Shown here: positions 41,953 to 53,267 of the stretch, one piece after another | How the letters are laid out: each line of letters begins with the position of its first letter | Numbering within the stretch: the first letter of the stretch is position 1 | NCBI GenBank assembly: GCA_929200535.1 | Contig: CAKMZV010000003.1 | Location: 25,171-89,170 of the forward strand | Direction: 5' to 3' | Length of the DNA stretch: 64,000 nucleotides | Source: an uncultured Gammaproteobacteria bacterium | Lineage (GTDB): Bacteria > Pseudomonadota > Gammaproteobacteria > CAKMZV01 | Position numbers and translations under genes: made by a program | The notes under the pieces: model-generated | Told to the model about the DNA's origin: nothing | The model's input: the letters and a program-made list of their open reading frames with translations, nothing else | The model's database searches: none

Positions 41953-43121
41953 ATACCAACTTCACACCTTGGCCTTTATTTATGAATGAAGAATGCGATG
42001 CAGTTTCTCATATTTTGTTATCTAATAAGGTTAACTACTGGACTGGCAATGAATGTCGAGAATTTGAAAAAGAGTTTGCTATTTGGTCTACAACAAAATA
42101 TGCAATTGCATTAAGCAATGGTACGGTGGCTTTAGAGCTAGCATTAAAAACATTAAATATAGGCGCTGGAGATGAGGTCATTATTACTTCTCGAACATTT
42201 ATCGCTTCAGTTTCATCTATTGTTAATGCAAACGCTACTCCCATATTTGCTGATGTTAGTTTAGAATCTCAAAATATAACACCTGAATCTATTCGTACGG
42301 TAATTACAAAAAAAACCAAAGCAATAATTTGTGTGCATTTAGCTGGATGGCCTTGTGAGATGGATGAAATAATGGAATTAGCTAATGAGCATGGTTTATA
42401 TATTATTGAAGATTGTGCACAAGCTCATGGAGCTACATATAAGGGAAAATCTGTTGGTTCAATTGGGCATATTGGTTGTTGGAGCTTTTGTCAAGATAAA
42501 ATTATGACAACTGGTGGTGAAGGAGGGATGGTGACCACTAATAATGAATTACTATGGCGTAAAATGTGGGCATACAAAGAGCATGGTAAAAGCTACGAGG
42601 CTGTTTATGAACGCGAACATCCCGAAGGATTTAAGTGGTTGCATGAATCCTTTGGAACCAATTGGCGTATGACTGAAATGCAAGCAGCTATTGGAAGAAT
42701 TCAACTCAAAAAAATGCCTGATTGGCACGCTAAACGTCTAAAAAACGCAAATGCAATTTGGAGTATTGCAAAACAATGTGAAAATTTGTACTCACCTAAT
42801 ATTCCTGATTATATTGAACATGCAGCTTATAAATGCTATGTTTTTCTTAGACTAAACCAAATTAAAAAAGGGTGGCATCGCGATAAAATCATTAAGGAAA
42901 TAAATACTTTTGGAGTACCCTGTTATTCAGGTTCATGTTCGGAGGTTTATCTAGAAAAAGCATTTGATAATACCTCATTTCGACCAAAAGAGAGATTACC
43001 TAATGCGAAAAAACTAGGTGAAATATCTTTAATGTTTTTAGTTCACCCAACACTTACAGAAGCTGAAATGCAGAAAACGACAGAGGTGGTTTATAGTATA
43101 CTTACTAATGCCTTAGTTTAG
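41946..43121 (+). CDS. UDP-4-keto-6-deoxy-GlcNAc C4 aminotransferase (DegT family)
   Basis: SNKVNYWTG, EDCAQAHGA, SFCQDKIMTTGGEGG; resembles Neisseria PglC / WeeJ. Confidence 0.9.
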   Translation: MLNTNFTPWPLFMNEECDAVSHILLSNKVNYWTGNECREFEKEFAIWSTTKYAIALSNGTVALELALKTLNIGAGDEVIITSRTFIASVSSIVNANATPIFADVSLESQNITPESIRTVITKKTKAIICVHLAGWPCEMDEIMELANEHGLYIIEDCAQAHGATYKGKSVGSIGHIGCWSFCQDKIMTTGGEGGMVTTNNELLWRKMWAYKEHGKSYEAVYEREHPEGFKWLHESFGTNWRMTEMQAAIGRIQLKKMPDWHAKRLKNANAIWSIAKQCENLYSPNIPDYIEHAAYKCYVFLRLNQIKKGWHRDKIIKEINTFGVPCYSGSCSEVYLEKAFDNTSFRPKERLPNAKKLGEISLMFLVHPTLTEAEMQKTTEVVYSILTNALV

Positions 43122-43206
43122 CAAAAATATTAAATCTCATAAGAAAATTTTTGAACCTGAGCTACTCATTAATTTGAGAATTAAATTCACACTATAACAA
43201 GCTATT

Positions 43207-45171
43207 ATGAATAATAAATTAACCTTTCTTTGGAGGTTACCCCGAATTTATAAGCGCGTCTTAAGTCTAATGGTTGATAGCTGTATAATATCAGCTTCTT
43301 TTTTTCTTGCTCTCGGAGTTAGATTAGGAGAAATTTCAATATTTATATCCAAAGAAATCATTTTTACTGTAATTGCAACCACTGTTATTACATTGATTGC
43401 ATTTACTAAGTTAGGACTTTATCGAGCAGTACTTCGCTATCTGACATTTCATGCACTCGCCATCGTTATTTTAGGTGCTTTGGTTTCAACGCTCTCTATC
43501 CCTCTCTTTGCCTATTATTTTGATGCCGAAATTCCGCGTACAGTACCTGTTATTTACTTAACTTTTCTTGCCTTGCTATGTGGCGGAATTCGAATAATAA
43601 TCCGTTCCTTAGTGGCACAAACCAACTCTAAAACTTATAAAAATGTTTTAATTTATGGTGCTGGGGGTACTGGACGTCAGCTTTCTATAGCTCTTCGTAG
43701 TTCAGAAAACTATCGAGTAAAAGGATTTATTGATGACGATAGATCATTGGATAATACTATCATTCAAGGACTTACAGTTCACCCCTCATCTAAAATTGAA
43801 AAAATAGTTGAAAGAGATAAGATTGATAAAATTCTTTTAGCGATACCCAAAGCTTCTCGCTCAACCCGAAAAACAATTATTGATAGTTTGCTATATCTGC
43901 AAAGAGAAGTCCTTACCATTCCTAATCTTAAAGATATTTTAGAAGGGAAGGCAAAAATTGATGAACTCAAAGATGTTGCTATTGAAGATTTATTAGATCG
44001 TGAACCGGTTGAACCTGATTCAATATTAATGAAAGCAAATATTCAAGATAAAACAGTCATGGTAACAGGGGCGGGCGGCTCCATTGGTTCTGAACTCTGC
44101 CGTCAAATAGTGATACAAAACCCCAAAACACTTATTTTATTTGAAATATCTGAGCCCTCCCTCTATCAGCTTGATAAAGAATTATCAGAATTGATAGATA
44201 AACTTAAGTTAAACGTAAATATTATCCCTTTGCTTGGTTCAGTTAGACATACGAAGCATCTAAGTAAAGTAATGTGTTCTTTTAATGTGCAAACGGTTTA
44301 TCATGCGGCAGCCTACAAACACGTTCCTTTAGTCGAATACAACGTAATAGAAGGGATTCAAAATAATGTGTTTGGCTCTTACTATAGTGCGAAAGCTGCA
44401 ATAGAAGCTAATGCTGAGCTATTTGTACTTATATCAACAGATAAGGCAGTACGACCAACAAGTATTATGGGGGCCTCAAAAAGAATGGCTGAACTAGTTT
44501 TGCAAGCCTTAGCAGAGCAAGAAAAAACAAAACCTCGTAGCACTCGATTTTGTATGGTTCGCTTTGGTAATGTCCTAGATTCTTCAGGCTCCGTTATTCC
44601 TCTCTTTAAGAAACAAATTGCTGAAGGAAAAGCAATCACTGTTACGCATCCAGAAATTATTCGCTATTTTATGACTATCCCTGAAGCCTCTCAATTAGTC
44701 ATTCAAGCTGGAGCTATGAGTAGTGGTGGAGACGTTTTTGTATTAGATATGGGAGAGCCTGTCAAAATTTTAGATTTAGCAAAAAATCTTATACAACTTT
44801 CTGGTTTGGAAATTAAATCATCTAAGAATCCTAATGGAGATATCGAGATTCATTTTACAGGCTTGCGCCCAGGAGAAAAACTTTACGAAGAACTTTTAAT
44901 TGGAAGCAATACCCAAGGCACAAAACATAAACGCATTATGACCGCAAATGAACACTTCCTCTCATTGGAGCGATTCAATAATATTTTGAAAAAATTAAAT
45001 CAAGCGTGTCTTAAGTTTGATTATGAAACTATCCAAAAAATTCTACTTGAAATACCAATAGAGCTAAATTCCACCGGAGTAATTAATGATTTATTATGGG
45101 ATACTGAGAAAGACGCCTCCTCTCCAAAAAGCAAAATTATAGACTTAAATACTCGACAAATCTCCAGATAA
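43207..45171 (+). CDS. Membrane-bound UDP-GlcNAc 4,6-dehydratase (PglF/WbpM/CapD)
   Basis: Four TM helices; GAGGSIGSEL, AAAYKHVP, STDKAVRP, MGASK, GLRPGEKLYEEL. Confidence 0.93.
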   Translation: MNNKLTFLWRLPRIYKRVLSLMVDSCIISASFFLALGVRLGEISIFISKEIIFTVIATTVITLIAFTKLGLYRAVLRYLTFHALAIVILGALVSTLSIPLFAYYFDAEIPRTVPVIYLTFLALLCGGIRIIIRSLVAQTNSKTYKNVLIYGAGGTGRQLSIALRSSENYRVKGFIDDDRSLDNTIIQGLTVHPSSKIEKIVERDKIDKILLAIPKASRSTRKTIIDSLLYLQREVLTIPNLKDILEGKAKIDELKDVAIEDLLDREPVEPDSILMKANIQDKTVMVTGAGGSIGSELCRQIVIQNPKTLILFEISEPSLYQLDKELSELIDKLKLNVNIIPLLGSVRHTKHLSKVMCSFNVQTVYHAAAYKHVPLVEYNVIEGIQNNVFGSYYSAKAAIEANAELFVLISTDKAVRPTSIMGASKRMAELVLQALAEQEKTKPRSTRFCMVRFGNVLDSSGSVIPLFKKQIAEGKAITVTHPEIIRYFMTIPEASQLVIQAGAMSSGGDVFVLDMGEPVKILDLAKNLIQLSGLEIKSSKNPNGDIEIHFTGLRPGEKLYEELLIGSNTQGTKHKRIMTANEHFLSLERFNNILKKLNQACLKFDYETIQKILLEIPIELNSTGVINDLLWDTEKDASSPKSKIIDLNTRQISR

Positions 45172-45294
45172 CTACATATAACGTAACACTAGACTACAAA
45201 TCACTTTAATGCTGATTCTACAAAATATGAAGTTTCAATCTGTCACTTTCATCCTCTCTACTTTTGAGCTAACAACCCAAAACAACTTCAAACA

Positions 45295-45997
45295 ATGAAA
45301 ATACTCCTCACAGGCTCAGCAGGCTTTATTGGTTTTCATCTAATTAATGGTTTAATAAAACGTGGTGATGACGTAATTGGCTTGGATTCAGTCAATGATT
45401 ATTATGAGCAATCCCTTAAGTACGAACGTTTAGAACAACTGGGATTTACCCAATTTCAAATTAGTTACAATTCACTTTGCCAATCAACAAAGCATTCTAA
45501 TTACCGTTTTATTAAGCTCCAGTTAGAGGATAGAGAAAACCTTAATACGCTTTTTCAAACTGAAAAGTTTGATGCTGTTTGTAATCTTGCTGCTCAAGCG
45601 GGTGTTCGCTATTCTCTTGAAAATCCAATCGCTTATATGGATTCTAATATTGTTGACTTTATCAATTTATTGGAAGCCTGTCGCCATTATGGCGTTAATA
45701 ACTTAAGCTATGCCTCCAGTTCATCAGTTTATGGGCTGAATGAATCTTATCCTTTTTTCACTTCGGATAACGTAAACCATCCTGTTAGCCTTTATGCTGC
45801 TTCAATAAGCTAATGGATTTTATCAATGCTATTGAAAATGCCTTAGGTATAGAGCTTGAAAAACAGATGATGTACCACAAACCTATGCCAATGCTGATGA
45901 TTTGATTTCTGATTTAGACTATAAGCCACAAACTTCTATCCAAATAGGCATTAATCACTTTATTGATTGGTATAAGGGTTTTTATAAAGCAGAATAA
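45295..45997 (+). pseudogene. UDP-glucuronate 4-epimerase pseudogene with internal deletions
   Basis: N-terminus intact up to PVSLYAAS, then a stop; out-of-frame C-terminal remnants LMDFINAIENALG and DVPQTYAN..FIDWYKGFYKAE*. Confidence 0.85.
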
Positions 45998-46268
45998 AAA
46001 TATGCGATTAAAGATCTATCCTTTCCTATCCTTTTTAAATGCAACTTGCCACGCAGCAACAGCAAATTATAAGGACTGAAAGTTTCACCAACGAAAAATA
46101 AAGGTTGCCTTTTCTTATAACAGTTATTGATAGCAGAACAAAAAAACTCAATTAATTGTTTAACTCCAAAGTCCAGAGCAATAAATTTAAAGCTCTTAAT
46201 TTTACTAAAAGCAAAATATATTCTCAATATGATAATAAAACAACAGCCTTTAGCTTAAAATTTTTATA

Positions 46269-47264
46269 ATGAATAATAAAAAAGCATTTATCACCGGCAT
46301 TACTGGACAGGATGGTTCCTATCTTGCCGAACTTCTTTTAGAAAAAAACTATGAAGTCCATGCCATTTTACGTCGTGTCTCCTTATTCACTACTAAACGC
46401 ATTAATCATTTATTTGAACACCCTAATTTACATACCTATCATGGCGATTTAACAGATTCGAGTAACCTGAATCGATCGCTATCAAAAATAGAGCCTAAAG
46501 AAATATACAATCTTAGTGCACAATCTCATGTTGGAGTTTCTTTTGAAGTACCTGAATATACAGCAGAAGTTGATGCCGTAGGTGCGTTGCGTTTATTAGA
46601 TGCTATTCGAGATACTAAGGTAAATACTCGTTTTTATCAAGCCTCCACTCCTGAATTGTTCGGCGGTATTCCTGGCACGAAACCTCAAAGCGAACAAACC
46701 CCCTTTCACCCTAAATCCCCATATAGAGCCGCTAAACTTTACGCCTATTGGATTACGGTAAACTATCGTGAATCCTATGAATTATATGCTTGTAATGGAA
46801 TTTTGTTTAACCACGAAAGCCCGAGACAAGGCAATACTTTCGTCACAAAAAAAATCACTAAAGCCGTCGCTAATATTTATAAAGGCAAACAAAAAGTTTT
46901 AAAAATTGGAAACTTAGATGCTAAACGAGACTGGGGGCGTGCGAAAGCGAAAGATTTTGTTTATACTCAATGGTTAATGTTACAACAAGATAAACTAAAA
47001 GACTATGTTATTGCAACAGGGGAAACTCATACCGTAAGAGAATTTATTGAACTTGCCTTTGAAGAGGTCGGCACTAAAATTCAATGGAAAGGAACTGGAA
47101 TAGCTGAAAAAGGTATGGATTTAAGTACTGGAAAAATTTTGGTGGAAGTTAATAAAAAAATATTTCCGTCCAGCCGAAGTAAAATTGCTTTTAGGCGATG
47201 TGCTTCCAAAGCAGAAAAAGAATTAGGCTGGAAGAGAAAAATTTCATTTAGAGAACTCATTTAA
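46269..47264 (+). pseudogene. gmd: Decayed GDP-mannose 4,6-dehydratase
   Basis: GITGQDGSYL present, but ASTPEL, SPYRAAK, SPRQG and DWGRAKAKD deviate from consensus; YFRPAEV..LLGD is in another frame near 47160-47200; C-terminus truncated. Confidence 0.8.
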
Positions 47265-47344
47265 CTCGCATGGGGTGGAAATATAATATTAAATTAAAAG
47301 AAGGCTTAAAAAAAGCCTATCAGTGGTACAAACAAAATGCCTAA
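47261..47344 (+). pseudogene. fcl: 3' remnant of GDP-L-fucose synthase
   Basis: [25 protein letters not shown] lies directly after the truncated gmd and overlaps the rmlB start. Confidence 0.65.
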
Positions 47345-48413
47345 AAAAATCCTCATCACCGGTGGAGCTGGATTTATTGGTTCAAGCTTAATTCGATATA
47401 TTATTAATAATACAAATTATTATATTACTAATGTTGATAAATTAACTTATGCTGGTAATTTAGAATCTCTAAACTCTATTGAAAATAATTCGCAATACCA
47501 CTTCGAAAAAATTGATATTTGTGATGTCAATGCCATTAAGCGAGTCTTAACAGAACAACAGCCTGATATTATTATGCATCTTGCTGCCGAATCACATGTT
47601 GATCGCTCCATTGATTCTCCCAATCAATTTATTCACACGAATATTATTGGGACATACATCCTGCTAGAAGAAACTTTATCTTACTGGAATACATTAGAAA
47701 AAAATAAAAAAAACACCTTTAGATTCCACCATATTTCCACCGATGAGGTTTATGGCGATTTAACTCAAGATGCAACTCGCTTGTTCACCGAAGAAACACC
47801 ATACGCTCCTAATTCACCTTACTCTGCTTCAAAAGCAAGCGCAGATCATTTAGTCAAAGCTTGGCATAAAACCTATGGACTCCCTATAATCATCACCAAC
47901 TGCTCAAACAACTATGGTCCCTATCAATTTCCAGAAAAATTAATTCCTCTCACTATCCTCAATGCCTTAGAAGGTAAAAAGTTACCCATATACGGGGATG
48001 GCAAACAAAAAAGAGATTGGCTATACGTGAATGACCATGCAGAAGCATTATTACATGTAGCCCTCAATGGAAAAATTAACGAAAATTATAATATTGGTGG
48101 AAATAATGAATTAGAAAATATCCAAGTAGTAAAAACAATCTGTACTACACTAGATGAAATCATGCCGTCTAAAATAACATCGATTAAGCAATATGAACAA
48201 CTCATCACTTACGTTACAGATCGCCCAGGACATGATAGAAGGTACGCAATTGACAACACTAAGATCACCCAAAATTTAAATTGGAAACCCTGTGAAACAT
48301 TTGAAACAGGAATTCGTAAAACAATACAATGGTATATAGAAAATCCAATATGGTGTCAAAATGTAAAAAATGGGAGTTATCAAGGCGAAAGGTTAGGTAT
48401 AAGCAGAGAATGA
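47337..48413 (+). CDS. rmlB: dTDP-glucose 4,6-dehydratase
   Basis: [43 protein letters not shown]. Confidence 0.96.
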   Translation: MPKKILITGGAGFIGSSLIRYIINNTNYYITNVDKLTYAGNLESLNSIENNSQYHFEKIDICDVNAIKRVLTEQQPDIIMHLAAESHVDRSIDSPNQFIHTNIIGTYILLEETLSYWNTLEKNKKNTFRFHHISTDEVYGDLTQDATRLFTEETPYAPNSPYSASKASADHLVKAWHKTYGLPIIITNCSNNYGPYQFPEKLIPLTILNALEGKKLPIYGDGKQKRDWLYVNDHAEALLHVALNGKINENYNIGGNNELENIQVVKTICTTLDEIMPSKITSIKQYEQLITYVTDRPGHDRRYAIDNTKITQNLNWKPCETFETGIRKTIQWYIENPIWCQNVKNGSYQGERLGISRE

Positions 48414-49279
48414 AAGGGATTATATTAGCTGGCGGCAAAGGGACCAGACTACAACCAATTACCCAATGTATATCTAAACAACTCTTGCCGATATACGATA
48501 AACCGATGATATACTATCCTTTATCGGTTTTAATGTTGGCAGGCATACAAGATATTCTTCTTATATCTACCCCACAAGATCTCCCTAATTACCAAAAACT
48601 ATTGGGAGATGGCACAAGCCTTGGAATTAACCTTAATTATGCTGAGCAACCTTCCCCTGATGGCTTAGCTCAAGCTTTTCTTATTGGGGAAAAATTTATT
48701 GACAATGATAATGTATGTCTTATTTTAGGTGATAATATTTTTTGGGGACATGGATTCACTCCCTCATTACAACAAGCCGCGTCTAAAACTAATGGCGCTA
48801 CTATCTTTGGCTATCAAGTCAATGATCCAAAACGTTTTGGGATTGTGGAATTTGATAATAACCAAAAAGTCATTAGCCTTGAAGAGAAACCTCAAAACCC
48901 CAAATCTTCATTCGCAATAACTGGGCTGTATTTTTACGATAATGATGTGATACAAATTGCCAAAAATATTAAACCATCTCCACGAGGAGAATTAGAAATC
49001 ACCAGTATAAATCAAGCTTATTTGAAACAAGGAAATTTAGAAGTTGAATTATTAGGACGTGGCTTTGCTTGGTTAGATACAGGTACTTTTGATAGCCTAC
49101 TGGAAGCATCCCTGTTTGTTTCTACCATCGAAAAAAGACAAGGCTATAAGGTCGCTTGTTTGGAAGAGATAGCCTATCACAATGGATGGATCGATGCAAT
49201 ACAGATAGAAACATTAATAAAATCTTATCCTCATAATAGTTATACCCAATACCTCATCAATCTCATTAAGATTCTATAA
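48410..49279 (+). CDS. rmlA: Glucose-1-phosphate thymidylyltransferase
   Basis: [42 protein letters not shown]; start reassigned to 48410. Confidence 0.96.
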   Translation: MKGIILAGGKGTRLQPITQCISKQLLPIYDKPMIYYPLSVLMLAGIQDILLISTPQDLPNYQKLLGDGTSLGINLNYAEQPSPDGLAQAFLIGEKFIDNDNVCLILGDNIFWGHGFTPSLQQAASKTNGATIFGYQVNDPKRFGIVEFDNNQKVISLEEKPQNPKSSFAITGLYFYDNDVIQIAKNIKPSPRGELEITSINQAYLKQGNLEVELLGRGFAWLDTGTFDSLLEASLFVSTIEKRQGYKVACLEEIAYHNGWIDAIQIETLIKSYPHNSYTQYLINLIKIL

Positions 49280-49321
49280 AAATATAGATGAGTGTAAAGT
49301 CTCTACCTTGTATAAGTTCAG

Positions 49322-49576
49322 AAACATATAAACAGTGTTACAATAGATAGTAGTCAGATTTTCCATTGCTCTACTAAACAAAAAAAATCAAATTAAACTG
49401 TTTTTTTACTCCTACAAAGCTCTGCAACCCTTGAAGTTTGCAAAACCCTAAATCTATGGAAAAAATCCCACTTCTGACTCAAAAAAAACTGATTATATCA
49501 TTGCTTCATTGCTATATCCTTTTTATTGTCTCTTATAACAACAATTATTTTGTTGTTAAGACAACCTAAAAAATAA
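49322..49576 (+). pseudogene. Diverged copy of the wzz promoter region plus an internally deleted wzz relic
   Basis: TGtTACAAT at 49336-49344 in a context similar to 21099-21135; CCTAAATCTATGGAAAAAA matches the wzz start; IAISFLLSL versus wzz LAISLFLSL just before the repeat. Confidence 0.7.
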
Positions 49577-49591
49577 ACACCTCTCAAACTT

Positions 49592-50911
49592 ATGCAAAAT
49601 AAAACCTCTCAAAAAATTGTTTATGTTGGTATGAGTGCCGATCTCATACACGAGGGACACATTAATATTCTTAACAAAGCTGCCTCTCTCGGAAAAGTTG
49701 TCGTAGGATTGCTTACAGATGAAGCTATTGCAAGCTACAAACGTGTTCCACATATGAATTTTGAACAACGTAAAGTAATCATTAATAGTATCAAAGGGGT
49801 AGATCAAGTTGAAGCACAACACACCTTAGATTACACCGATAATCTAACTAAAATCAAACCAAACTATGTCGTTCATGGTGATGATTGGAAAGAAGGTGTG
49901 CAAGCAACAACTCGCCAAAAAGTTATCGACACACTCCAACAATGGGGAGGTGAATTAATTGAAGTCGGTTATACTCCCGGCATTTCTTCGACTCAACTGC
50001 ATCGCTCTATTAAAGAAATTGCCAGCACACCAGATGTGCGTCTCAAACGCCTACGGAGATTACTACAGATTAAACCACTTATTCGAGTCAACGAAGTTCA
50101 TAATGGATTGTCTGCTTTGATTACTGAAAAAACATCAGTGGATAAAGAAGATATGAAAACAGAATTTGATGCTATGTGGGCAAGTAGTCTAACCGACTCA
50201 ACGGCTAAAGGAAAACCTGATATAGAAGCAGTAGATGTTTCTTCAAGGCTATCCTCTGTCAATGATATATTTGAGGTCACGACAAAGCCAATGCTGTTTG
50301 ATGCCGACACAGGTGGAAAAGTTGAGCATCTTGCCTTCACGATTCGTTCGCTTGAACGTCTTGGTGTCTCGGCTGCCGTGATAGAAGATAAAACAGGACT
50401 GAAAAAAAATTCACTCTTTGGCAATGATGTTGAGCAGCACCAAGCCACCATCGAAGAATTTCAAGCTAAAATACGCGTTGCCAAAGAAGCGCAAATTACT
50501 GATGATTTTATGCTTATTTCACGTATTGAAAGCCTCATTTTGGAAAAAGGAATGGAGGATGCGTTAGCACGAGCAAGGGCTTATATTGAAGCAGGTAGTG
50601 ATGGTATTATGATTCATAGCAGGCAAAAATCACCTGAAGAAATATTTGAGTTTTGTAAACAATACCACAGCAACCTACCAAAAACAGTTCCGTTAATGGT
50701 TGTGCCTTCCAGTTTTAACTCAGTCACCGAAGATGAATGGATTAATCAAGGCGTGCAAATTGTGGTATATGCTAATCATATGCTCCGCTCAGCCTATCCA
50801 GCAATGTTAAATGTTGCACAATCCATACTACGCCATGGTCGTAGTGCCGAAGCGGATCCTAATTGTCTCCCTATTAAAGAGATATTGGAGCTTATTCCGG
50901 GTACAAAATAA
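49592..50911 (+). CDS. pepM: Cytidylyltransferase-PEP mutase fusion, copy 2
   Basis: Translation identical to 22665-23984. Confidence 0.96.
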   Translation: MQNKTSQKIVYVGMSADLIHEGHINILNKAASLGKVVVGLLTDEAIASYKRVPHMNFEQRKVIINSIKGVDQVEAQHTLDYTDNLTKIKPNYVVHGDDWKEGVQATTRQKVIDTLQQWGGELIEVGYTPGISSTQLHRSIKEIASTPDVRLKRLRRLLQIKPLIRVNEVHNGLSALITEKTSVDKEDMKTEFDAMWASSLTDSTAKGKPDIEAVDVSSRLSSVNDIFEVTTKPMLFDADTGGKVEHLAFTIRSLERLGVSAAVIEDKTGLKKNSLFGNDVEQHQATIEEFQAKIRVAKEAQITDDFMLISRIESLILEKGMEDALARARAYIEAGSDGIMIHSRQKSPEEIFEFCKQYHSNLPKTVPLMVVPSSFNSVTEDEWINQGVQIVVYANHMLRSAYPAMLNVAQSILRHGRSAEADPNCLPIKEILELIPGTK

Positions 50912-52042
50912 ATGATTTGTCCTGATTTTTTTCATCGAACACTTAAAGACAACGGGGTTGATTTTTTTACGGGCGTGCCTGACTCCTTACTCAAAGAGTT
51001 TGGTAATTTTGTCTCCTCAATGCTCCCTACTACTCAGCATACCATTGCAGCAAACGAAGGAGCTGCTGTTGGGTTAGCAATTGGACATCACCTTGCTACT
51101 GGGAAAATTCCTTTAGTTTATCTTCAAAATTCAGGGTTAGGCAATACAATTAATCCCCTTGTTTCACTGGCGGATCCTACCGTTTATGGCATTCCTCTAT
51201 TGCTTCTCATTGGCTGGCGTGGAGAACCTGATATTCCAGATGAACCACAACATAAAAAACAAGGCCCCATCACCTTACCTACGCTGGACGCAATGGATAT
51301 TAAATGGGCAACACTTCATAAGGACCTTTCATCCAAAGAAGTCATTTCAACCGTTGATACTGCTCTTCAACACTGCCGTCAACAACAAGCACCCTTTGCC
51401 TTAGTCGTGCATAAAAATACCTTTGAAAAATTCACTAAACCCAAACACACATCAGACTTAATTTTGCAACGTGAACAAGCAATTGCAACCATAATGAAAT
51501 TTATCCAGCCTGATGATATTGTTGTCGCCACAACTGGGATGATTTCACGTGAGCTATATGAGCAAAGAGAAATGCAAAATCAATCTCATCAACAAGATTT
51601 TTTAGTCGTTGGGGGAATGGGTCATTGTAGTTCTATTGCCCTACGTATAGCTATGGAAAAACCTAACCGAACAATCTATTGCCTTGATGGTGATGGTTCA
51701 ATACTTATGCATATGGGCTCTTTAGCCGTTGCCGGCACCAGTGCTTGTAAAAATTTTAAACACATCGTACTTAATAATGGCGTACATGATTCAGTCGGAG
51801 GACAACCCACTGTGGGTCTGACTATTGATATGCCAAATATTGCCAAAAACTGCCACTATCGCCATACTCACTCGGTTGAAACAAGCGAGCAACTTGAAAA
51901 TACTCTACCTGATTTCATCAATCAATCAGGACCTTGCTTTTTACAAGTTTGTGTCAAACCTGGCAATCGTGCTGACCTTGGCAGACCAACACAAACACCC
52001 CAAGAATGCAAAGTGCATTTTATGCAACACCTCTCCTCATAA
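50912..52042 (+). CDS. aepY: Phosphonopyruvate decarboxylase, copy 2
   Basis: Translation identical to 23985-25115. Confidence 0.95.
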   Translation: MICPDFFHRTLKDNGVDFFTGVPDSLLKEFGNFVSSMLPTTQHTIAANEGAAVGLAIGHHLATGKIPLVYLQNSGLGNTINPLVSLADPTVYGIPLLLLIGWRGEPDIPDEPQHKKQGPITLPTLDAMDIKWATLHKDLSSKEVISTVDTALQHCRQQQAPFALVVHKNTFEKFTKPKHTSDLILQREQAIATIMKFIQPDDIVVATTGMISRELYEQREMQNQSHQQDFLVVGGMGHCSSIALRIAMEKPNRTIYCLDGDGSILMHMGSLAVAGTSACKNFKHIVLNNGVHDSVGGQPTVGLTIDMPNIAKNCHYRHTHSVETSEQLENTLPDFINQSGPCFLQVCVKPGNRADLGRPTQTPQECKVHFMQHLSS

Positions 52043-52054
52043 AACATCTATCTA

Positions 52055-53170
52055 ATGAAACAACAACTCTACATCAATCAAGGATTTGCAGCTTGGGATG
52101 GTATCCTAAAACAATATCAACCCCAAAAAACCCTACTTGTATGTGGAAAGCAATCCTATCGCTCCATAGAAGCAATTGTACAACCCCTACTAACTCAACT
52201 ATCAGGAAAAATAATTACTTTTAATGAGTTTGGTAAAAAGCCTTGTATTGAGGATATTTTCCGTGGCATCACCTTATGTCGAGAAGAGAACGTTGATTTA
52301 ATTATTGCCATTGGGGGTGGCCATTGCATTGATACAGCAAAGGCCATTAATTTATTAAGCAAACAACCTATTTCACTTAATAATGCCAATGATTTAGCAG
52401 AAAGCATTCGTGGCAACACGACATTAATCCCAACTGAATGCCCTCTAATTGTGATGCCCACCACATGCGGATCAGGCTCTGAAGCCACACACTTTGCCGT
52501 CGTTTATATTGGCTCCGACAAATTCTCATTAGCCCACCCCAGCATCTTGGCTGATTGGGTAATTGCTGATAAATGTTTAGTCAACTCACTACCTCACTCA
52601 ATCGCTGTATATACAGCCTTAGATGCTCTATGCCAAGCCATAGAATCCTACTGGTCAGTCGGTGCAACACAAGAGAGTGAAGAGTACGCACTCAATGCCT
52701 TAAAAATCATTAGCCCGCATCTTCAAAACCAATTTACTATAAATGATCAATTTTTTACGGATATGGTACTCGCTGCAAACTATGCTGGTCGTGCCATTAA
52801 TATTTCCAAAACAACTGCCCCACACGCCCTATCCTACTACTTAACCGATCAATTTGATGTCCCCCATGGGATTGCCGTGGCACTAACTCTTGGAGCCGTA
52901 GCAACCTATACTGAAATCAATGCAGAAAATCACACTCAGAAAAAAATACAAACAATAAAGAATATACTTAATTTTTCAGATGAATTTTCTCAGTCATGGT
53001 ACGACTTTATTGCTTCACTTGATATTGCTTGCAAATTATCTGACTACAATCTGAAAGAAGAACACTTAGAAAAAATGGTGAACTCAGTTAATTTACAAAG
53101 ACTTGCCAATCACCCAATTAATTTTGATACAAAACAACTAAAACAGGTGCTGAAATCACGCTATATTTAA
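52055..53170 (+). CDS. Phosphonoacetaldehyde reductase, copy 2
   Basis: Translation identical to 25128-26243. Confidence 0.88.
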   Translation: MKQQLYINQGFAAWDGILKQYQPQKTLLVCGKQSYRSIEAIVQPLLTQLSGKIITFNEFGKKPCIEDIFRGITLCREENVDLIIAIGGGHCIDTAKAINLLSKQPISLNNANDLAESIRGNTTLIPTECPLIVMPTTCGSGSEATHFAVVYIGSDKFSLAHPSILADWVIADKCLVNSLPHSIAVYTALDALCQAIESYWSVGATQESEEYALNALKIISPHLQNQFTINDQFFTDMVLAANYAGRAINISKTTAPHALSYYLTDQFDVPHGIAVALTLGAVATYTEINAENHTQKKIQTIKNILNFSDEFSQSWYDFIASLDIACKLSDYNLKEEHLEKMVNSVNLQRLANHPINFDTKQLKQVLKSRYI

Positions 53171-53267
53171 GTACTCAAATCCTGTGCTGATTTTTTGCAG
53201 ACTTCCATACTATAAATATTTCCGACTATTTCCGATCTGCAAAATATTTTTCATAGTACCTTAACCT

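Noticed and set aside
45982-46260. 81-aa minus-strand ORF, or a relic of an EPS-associated MarR regulator on the plus strand (LTPK, KALNF..YD fragments)
   Set aside because: The ORF has no recognisable motif, and the relic similarity is too fragmentary to support without a search.
32643-48409. Extended starts in the ORF track (32643, 34443, 37376, 38559, 39694, 48329)
   Set aside because: They overlap upstream genes; family N-termini match the later ATGs at 32769, 34533, 37448, 38580, 39751 and 48410.
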